Shown here: positions 25,548 through 32,000 of the stretch, in pieces
Numbering within the stretch: position 1 is the first letter of the stretch
How the letters are laid out: each line of letters begins with the position of its first letter
NCBI RefSeq assembly: GCF_016127575.1
Contig: NZ_CP066018.1
Location: 1,110,001-1,142,000 of the forward strand
Reading direction: 5' to 3'
Source of the DNA: Cupriavidus necator
GTDB lineage: Bacteria; Pseudomonadota; Gammaproteobacteria; Burkholderiales; Burkholderiaceae
Length of the DNA stretch: 32,000 bases
Made by a program: the position numbers and the translations under genes
Notes under the pieces: generated by a model
Told to the model about the DNA's origin: nothing
What the model saw: the letters and a program-made list of their open reading frames with translations, nothing else
Database searches by the model: none

Positions 25548-26195
25548 ATGACACGACGCCACCCGCCCCCATCGCCCACCGCTGCCGCACCTGCCCCGCC
25601 CACTGCCGGCGGCCGGGTGTTGCGGATCCTGCTCGTGCGCGACCCGCATGACGCCGACCCGCTGAACGTCGAGACCATCCGCGGCGGGCTGGTCAGCGCC
25701 GGCTTTACCGAGATCCAGATCGTCGATGCCGACCTGCGCCTGCCGGATGTGATCACGGCCACCCAGCCCGACATGCTGATCATCGCGTCTGAATCCGCCG
25801 CGCGCGACACCATCGAGCATGTCTGCGTCTCGACCCAGCATGCGCCGCGCCCGATCGTGCTGTTCACCGACAACGACGACAGCCAGCGCATCAAGGCAGC
25901 GCTGACGGCGGGGATCACCGCCTATATCGTCGACGGCCTGCGCGCCGAGCGCGTCAAGACCGTGCTCGACGTGGCCTACACACGCTTCGAACTGGATCAG
26001 CAGCTGCGCGCCGAGCTCGATGCCACCCGGCTCAAGCTGGCCGAGCGCAAGGTGGTCGAGCGCGCCAAGGGACTGCTGATGCAGGCGCGCGGCCTCAGCG
26101 AGGACGAGGCCTACAAGCGCCTGCGCAGCATGGCGATGGAGCGCGGCCTGAAGCTGGTGGACGCGGCCCAGCGCGTGATCGACGTGATGGGCTGA
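25548..26195 (+). CDS. nasT: NasT/AmiR-type antiterminator: degenerate receiver domain plus C-terminal ANTAR domain
   Basis: The ANTAR region is LAERKVVERAKGLLMQARGLSEDEAYKRLRSMAMERGLKLVDAAQRVI. The receiver-like N-terminus is LRILLVRD...PDMLIIASES...PIVLFT. The start is ATG 25548 or GTG 25491. Confidence 0.82.
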   Translation: MTRRHPPPSPTAAAPAPPTAGGRVLRILLVRDPHDADPLNVETIRGGLVSAGFTEIQIVDADLRLPDVITATQPDMLIIASESAARDTIEHVCVSTQHAPRPIVLFTDNDDSQRIKAALTAGITAYIVDGLRAERVKTVLDVAYTRFELDQQLRAELDATRLKLAERKVVERAKGLLMQARGLSEDEAYKRLRSMAMERGLKLVDAAQRVIDVMG

Positions 26196-26227
26196 GCCGC
26201 TCCCGCCTGCCAGCCGTGGTGCGCCGC

Positions 26228-26262
26228 CGCACGCGACTGGTGCAATGCACGCTCCTGGCGCT
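26228..26262. promoter_or_regulatory. Two adjacent NtrC-like enhancer half-site pairs (weak)
   Basis: CGCACG-N5-GGTGCA and TGCACG-N5-GGCGCT resemble TGCACC-N5-GGTGCA. They lie about 130-160 bp upstream of the sigma-54 promoter. Confidence 0.3.
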
Positions 26263-26387
26263 GCCGCACTGCGTCACCTCCCTCCCCTGCTCCCCCGAAT
26301 GTGGCGGCGGCCAGCGCGCGCGCACCACATCCGATCATTTCCCCCCGATCCGTCACAAATCCGCCCTCGAATGCTGCACTGCACAGG

Positions 26388-26404
26388 CTGGCACACGCCT
26401 TGCG
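26388..26404 (+). promoter_or_regulatory. Sigma-54 (-24/-12) promoter for the nrt operon
   Basis: CTGGCAC-acgcc-TTGCg matches YTGGCACG-N4-TTGCW, with the exact 12-nt offset from the first G of GG to the G of GC. Confidence 0.72.
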
Positions 26405-26415
26405 TTATGCAGGTA

Positions 26416-26472
26416 TCGGCCAACGGCGGCCGACCAACAATTTCGGCGGACACGGCCAACGCGGGCTGCGTC
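26416..26472 (+). promoter_or_regulatory. Twin hexaloop hairpins of the ANTAR-target type in the nrtA leader RNA
   Basis: Hairpin 1 is TCGGCC-AACGGC-GGCCGA (26416-26433). Hairpin 2 is GACACGGCC-AACGCG-GGCTGCGTC (26449-26472). Both have 6-nt loops with A at position 1 and G at position 4 and a shared core CGGCC-AACG. Confidence 0.62.
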
Positions 26473-26486
26473 ACGCCACGGACAAC

Positions 26487-26546
26487 GGCGTCCCTGCGCC
26501 GCACCGGTCTTCTGGCGAAGCCGGTCGCGGAGGGGACGCCTTTTTT
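26487..26546 (+). terminator. Leader (attenuator) terminator immediately upstream of the nrtA RBS
   Basis: GGCGTCCC...ACCGG / CCGGT...GGGACGCC forms a long imperfect GC hairpin followed by T6. GGAG at 26550-26553 and the ATG at 26561 follow. Confidence 0.7.
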
Positions 26547-26560
26547 CTTGGAGCCATGCA

Positions 26561-27871
26561 ATGCCCTCTCGCCTCAGGATTGCCAAGCCGCTGCACGCAG
26601 CCGTCCACGTTCCCGACGCGGCTGCCGACGCCGTGCCGGCCAGCAGCGGCCGCCGCCGCGCGCTTGCCACCATCGCCGGCGCCAGCGTGATGACGCTGGT
26701 CGATCCGCTGGTGCGCGCCGGTGCGTGGGCAGCGGGCTCGGACGCGCCCGAGAAGACCGACGTGCGCATCGGCTTTATCCCGCTGACCGACTGCGCCTCG
26801 GTGGTGATGGCCGCGACGCTCGGGCTGGACAAGAAATACGGCATCAAGATCACGCCGACCAAGGAAGCCTCATGGGCCGGCGTGCGCGACAAGCTGGTCA
26901 ACGGCGAGCTGGACGCGGCGCACGTGCTGTACGGACTGATCTACGGCGTGCAGCTGGGCATCGGCGGCCCGAAGAAGGACATGGCCGTGCTGATGAACCT
27001 GAACCACAACGGCCAGGCCATCACGCTGTCGTCCAAGCTCGCCGAGAAAGGCGTCAAGGACGGCGCCAGCCTGAAGGCGCTGATGATGAAGGAGAAGCGC
27101 GACTACACCTTCGCCCAGACCTTCCCCACCGGCACGCACGCAATGTGGCTGTACTACTGGCTGGCGGCCAACGGCATCAACCCGATGCAGGACGCCAAGG
27201 CCATCACGGTGCCGCCGCCGCAGATGGTGGCCAATATGCGCGTGGGCAATATGGACGGCTTCTGCGTGGGCGAGCCCTGGGGCGCGCGCGCCATCGCCGA
27301 CAAGATCGGCTTCACCGCCGAGACCACGCAGGCCATCTGGAAGGGCCACCCCGAGAAGACCCTGGGCACCACCGCGGAGTTCGTGCAGAAATACCCCAAC
27401 ACCGCGCGCGCGATGGTGGCCGCAGTGCTGGAGGCATCGAAGTTCATCGATGCGTCGGCCTCCAACCGCCGCAAGACCGCCGAGACCATTGCCGCCAAGT
27501 CCTACGTCAACACCGACATGGACATCATCCTGGACCGCATGCTGGGCCGCTACACCAACGGCCTGGGCAAGACCTGGGACGACCCAGACGCGATGAAGTT
27601 CTACCAGGACGGCGCCGCCAACTACCCGTACCTGTCCGACGGCATGTGGTTCCTGACCCAGCACAAGCGCTGGGGCTTGCTGAAGGAACATCCGGACTAT
27701 CTCGCCGTGGCCCGGCAGGTCAACCGCATCGACGTCTACAAGCAGGCCGCCGCCGCCGCGCAGGTGCCGCTGCCCAAGAGCGACATGCGCAGCGCCAAGC
27801 TGATCGACGGCGTGGTCTGGGACGGCAAGGACCCCAAGGCCTACGCCGACGGTTTCAAGATCAAGGCCTGA
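26561..27871 (+). CDS. nrtA: Nitrate/nitrite ABC transporter periplasmic substrate-binding protein (NrtA/NasF family), Tat signal
   Basis: The start is at ATG 26561, because the track ORF from 26216 would cross the promoter and terminator. It has the twin-Arg motif SGRRRALATIAGA and the NrtA block VRIGFIPLTDCASVVMA...SWAGVRDKLVNGELDAAHVLYG. Confidence 0.88.
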   Translation: MPSRLRIAKPLHAAVHVPDAAADAVPASSGRRRALATIAGASVMTLVDPLVRAGAWAAGSDAPEKTDVRIGFIPLTDCASVVMAATLGLDKKYGIKITPTKEASWAGVRDKLVNGELDAAHVLYGLIYGVQLGIGGPKKDMAVLMNLNHNGQAITLSSKLAEKGVKDGASLKALMMKEKRDYTFAQTFPTGTHAMWLYYWLAANGINPMQDAKAITVPPPQMVANMRVGNMDGFCVGEPWGARAIADKIGFTAETTQAIWKGHPEKTLGTTAEFVQKYPNTARAMVAAVLEASKFIDASASNRRKTAETIAAKSYVNTDMDIILDRMLGRYTNGLGKTWDDPDAMKFYQDGAANYPYLSDGMWFLTQHKRWGLLKEHPDYLAVARQVNRIDVYKQAAAAAQVPLPKSDMRSAKLIDGVVWDGKDPKAYADGFKIKA

Positions 27872-27922
27872 CGCAAGCCTTCCCCCACTGATCCGCAGTG
27901 CCCCTGACGAAAGGAGCCAGAC

Positions 27923-28828
27923 GTGAATGCCATAGCCCACCCCACGCCCGATGGTGCAACCGTAGCCGCCAGCGCCGACCCCGACACCAAGGAGCGGGCG
28001 CGCCGGCGCGAGCAGGAAATCGCCGCGCAGGCACGGCGCGCGCAACGCCGCGAGGCGGTCGCCGCGCTGGTGCTCAAGGCCGTGCCGCCGGTACTGGGCT
28101 TTGCCCTGTTCGTGCTGGCCTGGCACGGCATCGCCACGATGATCCCGGCCATTCCCACGCCGCAGGCCACATGGAACGCCGCGGTGCCGCTGTTTGCCGA
28201 CCCGTTCTACCGCAACGGGCCCAATGACCAGGGCATCGGCTGGAACGTGCTGGCATCGCTGGCGCGCGTCGCGGCGGGCTTCGGCCTGGCCGCGCTGGTC
28301 GGCATCCCGGCCGGCTTCCTGATCGGGCGCTTCGCCTTCCTGAACGCGATGACCGCGCCGGTGATCAGCCTGCTGCGCCCGGTCTCGCCGCTGGCGTGGC
28401 TGCCGATCGGCCTGCTGCTGTTCAAGGCCGCCAACCCGGCCGCGATCTGGGCGATCTTCATCTGCTCGATCTGGCCGATGGTGATCAACACCGCGGTCGG
28501 CGTCACGCGCGTGCCGCAGGACTACCTGAACGTGGCGCGCGTGCTGGACCTGTCGGAATGGAAGGTGTTCACGCGGGTGCTGTTCCCCGCGGTGCTGCCC
28601 TACATGCTGACCGGCGTGCGGCTGTCGATCGGCACCGCGTGGCTGGTGATCGTCGCGGCCGAGATGCTGACCGGCGGCACCGGCATCGGCTTCTGGCTGT
28701 GGGACGAATGGAACAACCTGAAGGTCGAGCACATCGTGATCGCGATCTTCGTGATCGGCATCATCGGGCTGCTGCTCGAGCATGCGCTGCTGGCGCTGGC
28801 CCGGCGCTTCAGCTACGGCACCAACTGA
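27923..28828 (+). CDS. nrtB: Nitrate/nitrite ABC transporter permease
   Basis: It has a GTG start with AAGGAG 8 nt upstream and multiple hydrophobic spans. An NrtB/NasE-like block LLRPVSPLAWLPIGLLLFK is present. It sits between the nrtA and ATPase genes. Confidence 0.88.
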   Translation: MNAIAHPTPDGATVAASADPDTKERARRREQEIAAQARRAQRREAVAALVLKAVPPVLGFALFVLAWHGIATMIPAIPTPQATWNAAVPLFADPFYRNGPNDQGIGWNVLASLARVAAGFGLAALVGIPAGFLIGRFAFLNAMTAPVISLLRPVSPLAWLPIGLLLFKAANPAAIWAIFICSIWPMVINTAVGVTRVPQDYLNVARVLDLSEWKVFTRVLFPAVLPYMLTGVRLSIGTAWLVIVAAEMLTGGTGIGFWLWDEWNNLKVEHIVIAIFVIGIIGLLLEHALLALARRFSYGTN

Positions 28829-28846
28829 CACGCGGGGAGAATCGCC

Positions 28847-29650
28847 ATGGACAAGTTCGTCAGCATCGAAAACGTCGGCCAGACCTTCAAGACCCGCAAG
28901 GGCCCGTTCGTCGCCCTGCGCGATATCAACCTGCATATCGCCGAGGGCGAGTTCATCACGCTGATCGGCCATTCAGGCTGCGGCAAGTCCACGCTGCTGA
29001 ACCTGGTCGCGGGACTGGCCACGCCCACCACCGGCGCGCTGATCTGCGCCGGGCGCGAGATCGCCGGGCCGGGGCCGGAGCGCGCGGTGGTGTTCCAGAA
29101 CCATTCGCTGCTGCCGTGGCTGACGTGCTTCGAGAACGTCTACCTGGGCGTGGAGCGCGTCTTCGCCGCCAGCGAGAGCAAGCCGCAGCTCAAGGCGCGC
29201 ACGCACGACACGCTGGCGCTGGTGGGCCTGACGCACGCCGAGAACAAGTATCCGCATGAGATCTCCGGCGGCATGAAGCAGCGCGTGGGCATTGCCCGCG
29301 CGCTGGCGATGGCGCCCAAGGTGCTGCTGATGGACGAGCCCTTCGGCGCGCTCGATGCGCTCACGCGCGCGCACCTGCAGGACGAGCTGATCAAGATCGT
29401 GGCGCGCACCCGCAGCACCGTGGTGATGGTGACCCACGACGTCGACGAGGCCGTGCTGCTGGCCGACCGCATCATCATGATGACCAACGGTCCGGCCGCG
29501 ACCATCGGCGAGATCCTGAAGGTGGAGCTTCCGCGTCCGCGCGACCGCGTCGCGCTGGCCGACGACAAGGCCTACCACGCCTGCCGCACCGCGGTGCTGG
29601 ACTTCCTCTACCGCAAGCAGCGCAACCCGGCGCTGCAGGAAGCCGCGTAG
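28847..29650 (+). CDS. nrtC: Nitrate/nitrite ABC transporter ATP-binding protein
   Basis: Walker A is GHSGCGKST, the ABC signature is ISGGMKQRVGIARAL and Walker B is LLMDEPFGALD. Confidence 0.9.
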   Translation: MDKFVSIENVGQTFKTRKGPFVALRDINLHIAEGEFITLIGHSGCGKSTLLNLVAGLATPTTGALICAGREIAGPGPERAVVFQNHSLLPWLTCFENVYLGVERVFAASESKPQLKARTHDTLALVGLTHAENKYPHEISGGMKQRVGIARALAMAPKVLLMDEPFGALDALTRAHLQDELIKIVARTRSTVVMVTHDVDEAVLLADRIIMMTNGPAATIGEILKVELPRPRDRVALADDKAYHACRTAVLDFLYRKQRNPALQEAA

Positions 29651-29651
29651 T

Positions 29652-29676
29652 GCCCGCCGGCCGCGTGCCGGTGGGC
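29652..29676 (+). other. GC hairpin after nrtC without a U-tract
   Basis: GCCCGCCGGC-cgcgt-GCCGGTGGGC (10 bp including one G-U), followed by ggccctatg. It is not a classical terminator. Confidence 0.3.
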
Positions 29677-29759
29677 GGCCCTATGTGGCACAGGCGGCGA
29701 TGGGCGCGGCGGCCTGGCTCCGCTATCATGAACCCAGAACAGACTACCCCCACGCCGCC

Positions 29760-30752
29760 ATGACCACGCCAGCCACGTCCTTCCCTGCTGCCCGCTATAT
29801 CAAGGAGATCGGCCGCGGCGTCAACGGCGCGCGGGCGCTGCCGCGCGAAGACGCGCAGGCCCTGTTCGACGCCATGCTGGCCGGGCGCGTCTCGGACCTG
29901 GAGCTCGGCGCCATCCTGATGGCCTACCGCATCAAGGGCGAGGCCCCGCACGAGCTGGCCGGCATGCTGGAAGCCGCCCATGCGCACTGCCAGCCGCTGC
30001 CGGCGCCGCCTGACCGGCAGGTGGTGGTGATCCCCAGCTACAACGGTGCGCGCAAGCAACCCAACCTGGTGCCGCTGCTGGCGCTGCTGCTGGCGCGCGA
30101 AGATGTCCCCGTGCTGGTGCACGGCACGCGCCTGTTCAATGGCCGCGTGACCAGCATGGCGCTGTTCGAGGCGCTGGGCGTGCCCTTGTGCGCGACTACC
30201 GGCGACGCCTCGGCACGGCTGCGCGAGAGCAGCGACCTCGGGCCGCTGGCGGTGCTGCCGGTGGATGTGCTGTCGCCCGGGCTGTCGCAGCTGCTGGAGC
30301 GGCGCACCGTGATCGGCCTGCGCAATTCGGCGCATACGGTGGCCAAGATGCTGCAGCCGGTGGGCGAGCATTCGCCCGCGGAAGGGTTGCGCCTGTACAG
30401 CTACACCCACCCCGAATACCGCGAGACGCTGACCGACTACTTCTCGCATGAACCCGCCAACGTGCTGCTGGCACGCGGCACCGAGGGCGAAGTGGTGGCC
30501 GATGCGCGCCGCACCAGCCGCATCGACTGGCTGCACGAGGGGCACCAGCAGACGCTGGTCGATCCGGCTGTTGGTTCGCTGGCCGAAGTGCCTGAACTGC
30601 CGCCCGGCAGCGACGCCGGCCAGACCGTGGCCTGGATCCGGCGCGTGCTGGACGGCGCGGCGCCGGTGCCGGCACCGATCGCTATCCAGGTCGAGGCCAT
30701 CCGCGAATGCCTGCGGCAAGGCACTCGCGTGACCTGGGCCAGCCCGGTCTGA
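29760..30752 (+). CDS. ybiB: YbiB-like TrpD2 protein (anthranilate phosphoribosyltransferase fold, nucleic-acid-binding subgroup)
   Basis: YIKEIGRGVNGARALPREDAQALFDAMLAGRVSDLELGAILMAYRIKGE and VVIPSYNGARKQPNLVPLLALLL match the E. coli YbiB sequence as I recall it. The TrpD PRPP motif GTGGD is absent. The start is taken at MTTPATS (29760). Confidence 0.75.
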   Translation: MTTPATSFPAARYIKEIGRGVNGARALPREDAQALFDAMLAGRVSDLELGAILMAYRIKGEAPHELAGMLEAAHAHCQPLPAPPDRQVVVIPSYNGARKQPNLVPLLALLLAREDVPVLVHGTRLFNGRVTSMALFEALGVPLCATTGDASARLRESSDLGPLAVLPVDVLSPGLSQLLERRTVIGLRNSAHTVAKMLQPVGEHSPAEGLRLYSYTHPEYRETLTDYFSHEPANVLLARGTEGEVVADARRTSRIDWLHEGHQQTLVDPAVGSLAEVPELPPGSDAGQTVAWIRRVLDGAAPVPAPIAIQVEAIRECLRQGTRVTWASPV

Positions 30753-30771
30753 GCCAGCCCCGGGACCGCTG

Positions 30772-31647
30772 TCAGGGCTTGCGCGGGGGCAGCGGGATGC
30801 GCTCGGTCTCGCCCGGCACGTGCGGGAACTGATCGTCCTCCCAGCGCTGGGCGGCGGCCTCGATCGCCACCTTGCTGCTGGCAACGAAATTCCAGTAGAT
30901 GAAGCGGTGCCCGTCGGTCGGGTCGCCGCCCAGCAGCATTACGCGCGACGGCGTCGTGGCCGTCAGCGTTGCGGGCTGGCCCGGCGTGAGCACCACCATA
31001 TGCTCGGCCGGCAGCGGCTCGCCGTCGAGCGCCACCGCCCCGTCCACCGGATAGATGCCCCGCTCGGCATGATCGGCCGGGATCTCCACGCTCGCGCCCG
31101 CATCCAGCTCGATCGCCACGTACAGGGTGCGGCTGAAGACCTTGACCGGAGAGACCTGGCCAAAGGCATCGCCCGCAATCACCACCATGCGCACACCCGG
31201 CCGCTCGATCCGTGGCAGCGTGGCGGCGGGATGGTGGAAAAACGACGGCTCGGCACCCTCATGCTCCTGCGGCAGTGCCACCCAGGTCTGGATGCCGTGC
31301 AGGCGGGCCCCGGCGGGGCGCACATGCTCGGGCGAGCGCTCCGAGTGCACGATGCCGTGCCCGGCGGTCATCCAGTTGACATCGCCCGGGCGGATCGCCT
31401 GGTCGCTGCCCAGGCTGTCTCGGTGGATGATCTCGCCCTCGAACAGATAAGTGACCGTGGCCAGTCCGATATGTGGATGCGGGCGCACGTCGGCTCCGCC
31501 GCCCGGCGGCAGTTGCACCGGCCCCATATGGTCAAAGAAGATAAACGGACCAACGGTCTGGGTGGCGGCGGCGGGCAACAGCCGGCGCACGGTAAAATCG
31601 CCCAGGTCGCGCACATGCGGCTTGAGCAAGTGTTCGATAGCAGACAT
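30772..31647 (-). CDS. Pirin-family (bicupin) protein
   Basis: It starts MSAIEH with a GGAGGAG Shine-Dalgarno. The hallmark block is FFDHMGP...HPHIGLATVTYLFEGEIIHRDSLG. Confidence 0.9.
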   Translation of the reverse strand: MSAIEHLLKPHVRDLGDFTVRRLLPAAATQTVGPFIFFDHMGPVQLPPGGGADVRPHPHIGLATVTYLFEGEIIHRDSLGSDQAIRPGDVNWMTAGHGIVHSERSPEHVRPAGARLHGIQTWVALPQEHEGAEPSFFHHPAATLPRIERPGVRMVVIAGDAFGQVSPVKVFSRTLYVAIELDAGASVEIPADHAERGIYPVDGAVALDGEPLPAEHMVVLTPGQPATLTATTPSRVMLLGGDPTDGHRFIYWNFVASSKVAIEAAAQRWEDDQFPHVPGETERIPLPPRKP

Positions 31648-31713
31648 AACTCCTCCGGTGGAATGAGAGAGGCTTGCAAGGATGCCAGCGCGCCGCAGCT
31701 TGGTCGAGTGTAG

Positions 31714-31744
31714 CCGCTGCTGCAACAAATCATTGCAGCAGCGG
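31714..31744. promoter_or_regulatory. Perfect 12-bp inverted repeat CCGCTGCTGCAA-caaatca-TTGCAGCAGCGG upstream of the pirin gene
   Basis: The repeat is seen directly, 67-97 nt upstream of the pirin ATG. No U-tract lies on either side, so an operator or a 5'-UTR hairpin is more likely than a terminator. Confidence 0.45.
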
Positions 31745-31883
31745 GCAGAACCCCCGTGCCCGGCACCGCTCTAACATCCAGTGCGCCGAACCGTGGGTAT
31801 CGTTCCCGCCGCTCGAATTGATAGGTAGCTATGCCAGCAGCAAGAGCAATCGAGAGGAACTATCACGACCATCGGGGCTCCAA

Positions 31884-31910
31884 TTAGCACTCACCCGGCC
31901 TGAGTGCTAA
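31884..31910. promoter_or_regulatory. CIRCE operator (HrcA binding site), perfect consensus
   Basis: TTAGCACTC-acccggcct-GAGTGCTAA equals the consensus TTAGCACTC-N9-GAGTGCTAA with no mismatch. The left arm TTAGCA and a TAATAT at 31908-31913 are spaced 18 bp apart, like a sigma-70 -35/-10 pair. Confidence 0.82.
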
Positions 31911-32000
31911 TATGTGTTGCAGTGCCACCGCCCCAACAGGCGCGGCACCCCGGCAACCGAACCGCCGGATGCGAAAGGAGCCATTGAGTGAACGCAGTCT

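Noticed and set aside
26216-26560. 5' extension of the nrtA ORF, together with the overlapping 548-aa frame at 26245-27891.
   Set aside because: The extension would run through the sigma-54 promoter, the leader hairpins and a T6 terminator. The Tat signal and RBS appear only at 26550-26561. The alternative frame is Arg/Gly/Pro-rich with no motifs.
29723-29745. Possible SOS (LexA) box upstream of the ybiB-like gene (ctatcatgaacccagaacag).
   Set aside because: There is no CTGT-N8-ACAG match on either strand. The GAAC-N3-GAAC spacing does not fit any LexA consensus I know.
31984-32000. Start of a plus-strand CDS (TTG 31984 or GTG 31988) after GGAG at 31977-31980.
   Set aside because: Only 4-5 codons are visible and they cannot be identified. 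The region may still be 5' UTR. It is mentioned under the CIRCE finding rather than called as a feature.

Overview
This is a GC-rich (roughly two-thirds G+C by eye) chromosomal core segment. It looks betaproteobacterial: protein sequences and gene order recall Burkholderiaceae such as Cupriavidus/Ralstonia, but that is from memory, not a search. Gene order: rpoN (3' end)-hpf | ptsN-hprK-psiF-like-rapZ-Lon-N-domain protein > < mutY < dynamin-like GTPase < mutM | TPR protein-lolB-ispE-tRNA-Gln-prs-rplY-pth-phoX-like > < ferredoxin < coaD < rsmD < M16 peptidase < M16 peptidase | ftsY > < maiA < FAH-family hydrolase | nasT-like ANTAR regulator-nrtABC-ybiB-like > < pirin | CIRCE operator at the window edge. 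I found no mobile elements, CRISPR arrays, rRNA genes, toxin-antitoxin or defence islands, and no pseudogenes. I also found no convincing wholly new system, because nearly every large ORF belongs to a recognisable housekeeping family. The points most worth a second look are listed here. (1) A complete sigma-54 promoter, twin ANTAR-type hairpins and a terminator lie in the nrtA leader, beside a NasT-like regulator with a degenerate receiver and no sensor gene in view. (2) A soluble dynamin-like GTPase sits between the two GO-repair genes mutY and mutM. (3) A perfect-consensus CIRCE/HrcA operator lies at 31884-31910 in front of a gene that runs off the window. (4) The 456-bp structured spacer that splits hpf from ptsN is unusually long. 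(5) A secreted PsiF-repeat gene is inserted in the rpoN/PTS-Ntr cluster, and a Tat-lipoprotein PhoX-like phosphatase carries a Pho-box-like site. (6) The leader in front of rplY has three mutually exclusive pairing segments. The many long antisense ORFs in the track are GC-driven shadow ORFs and were rejected.
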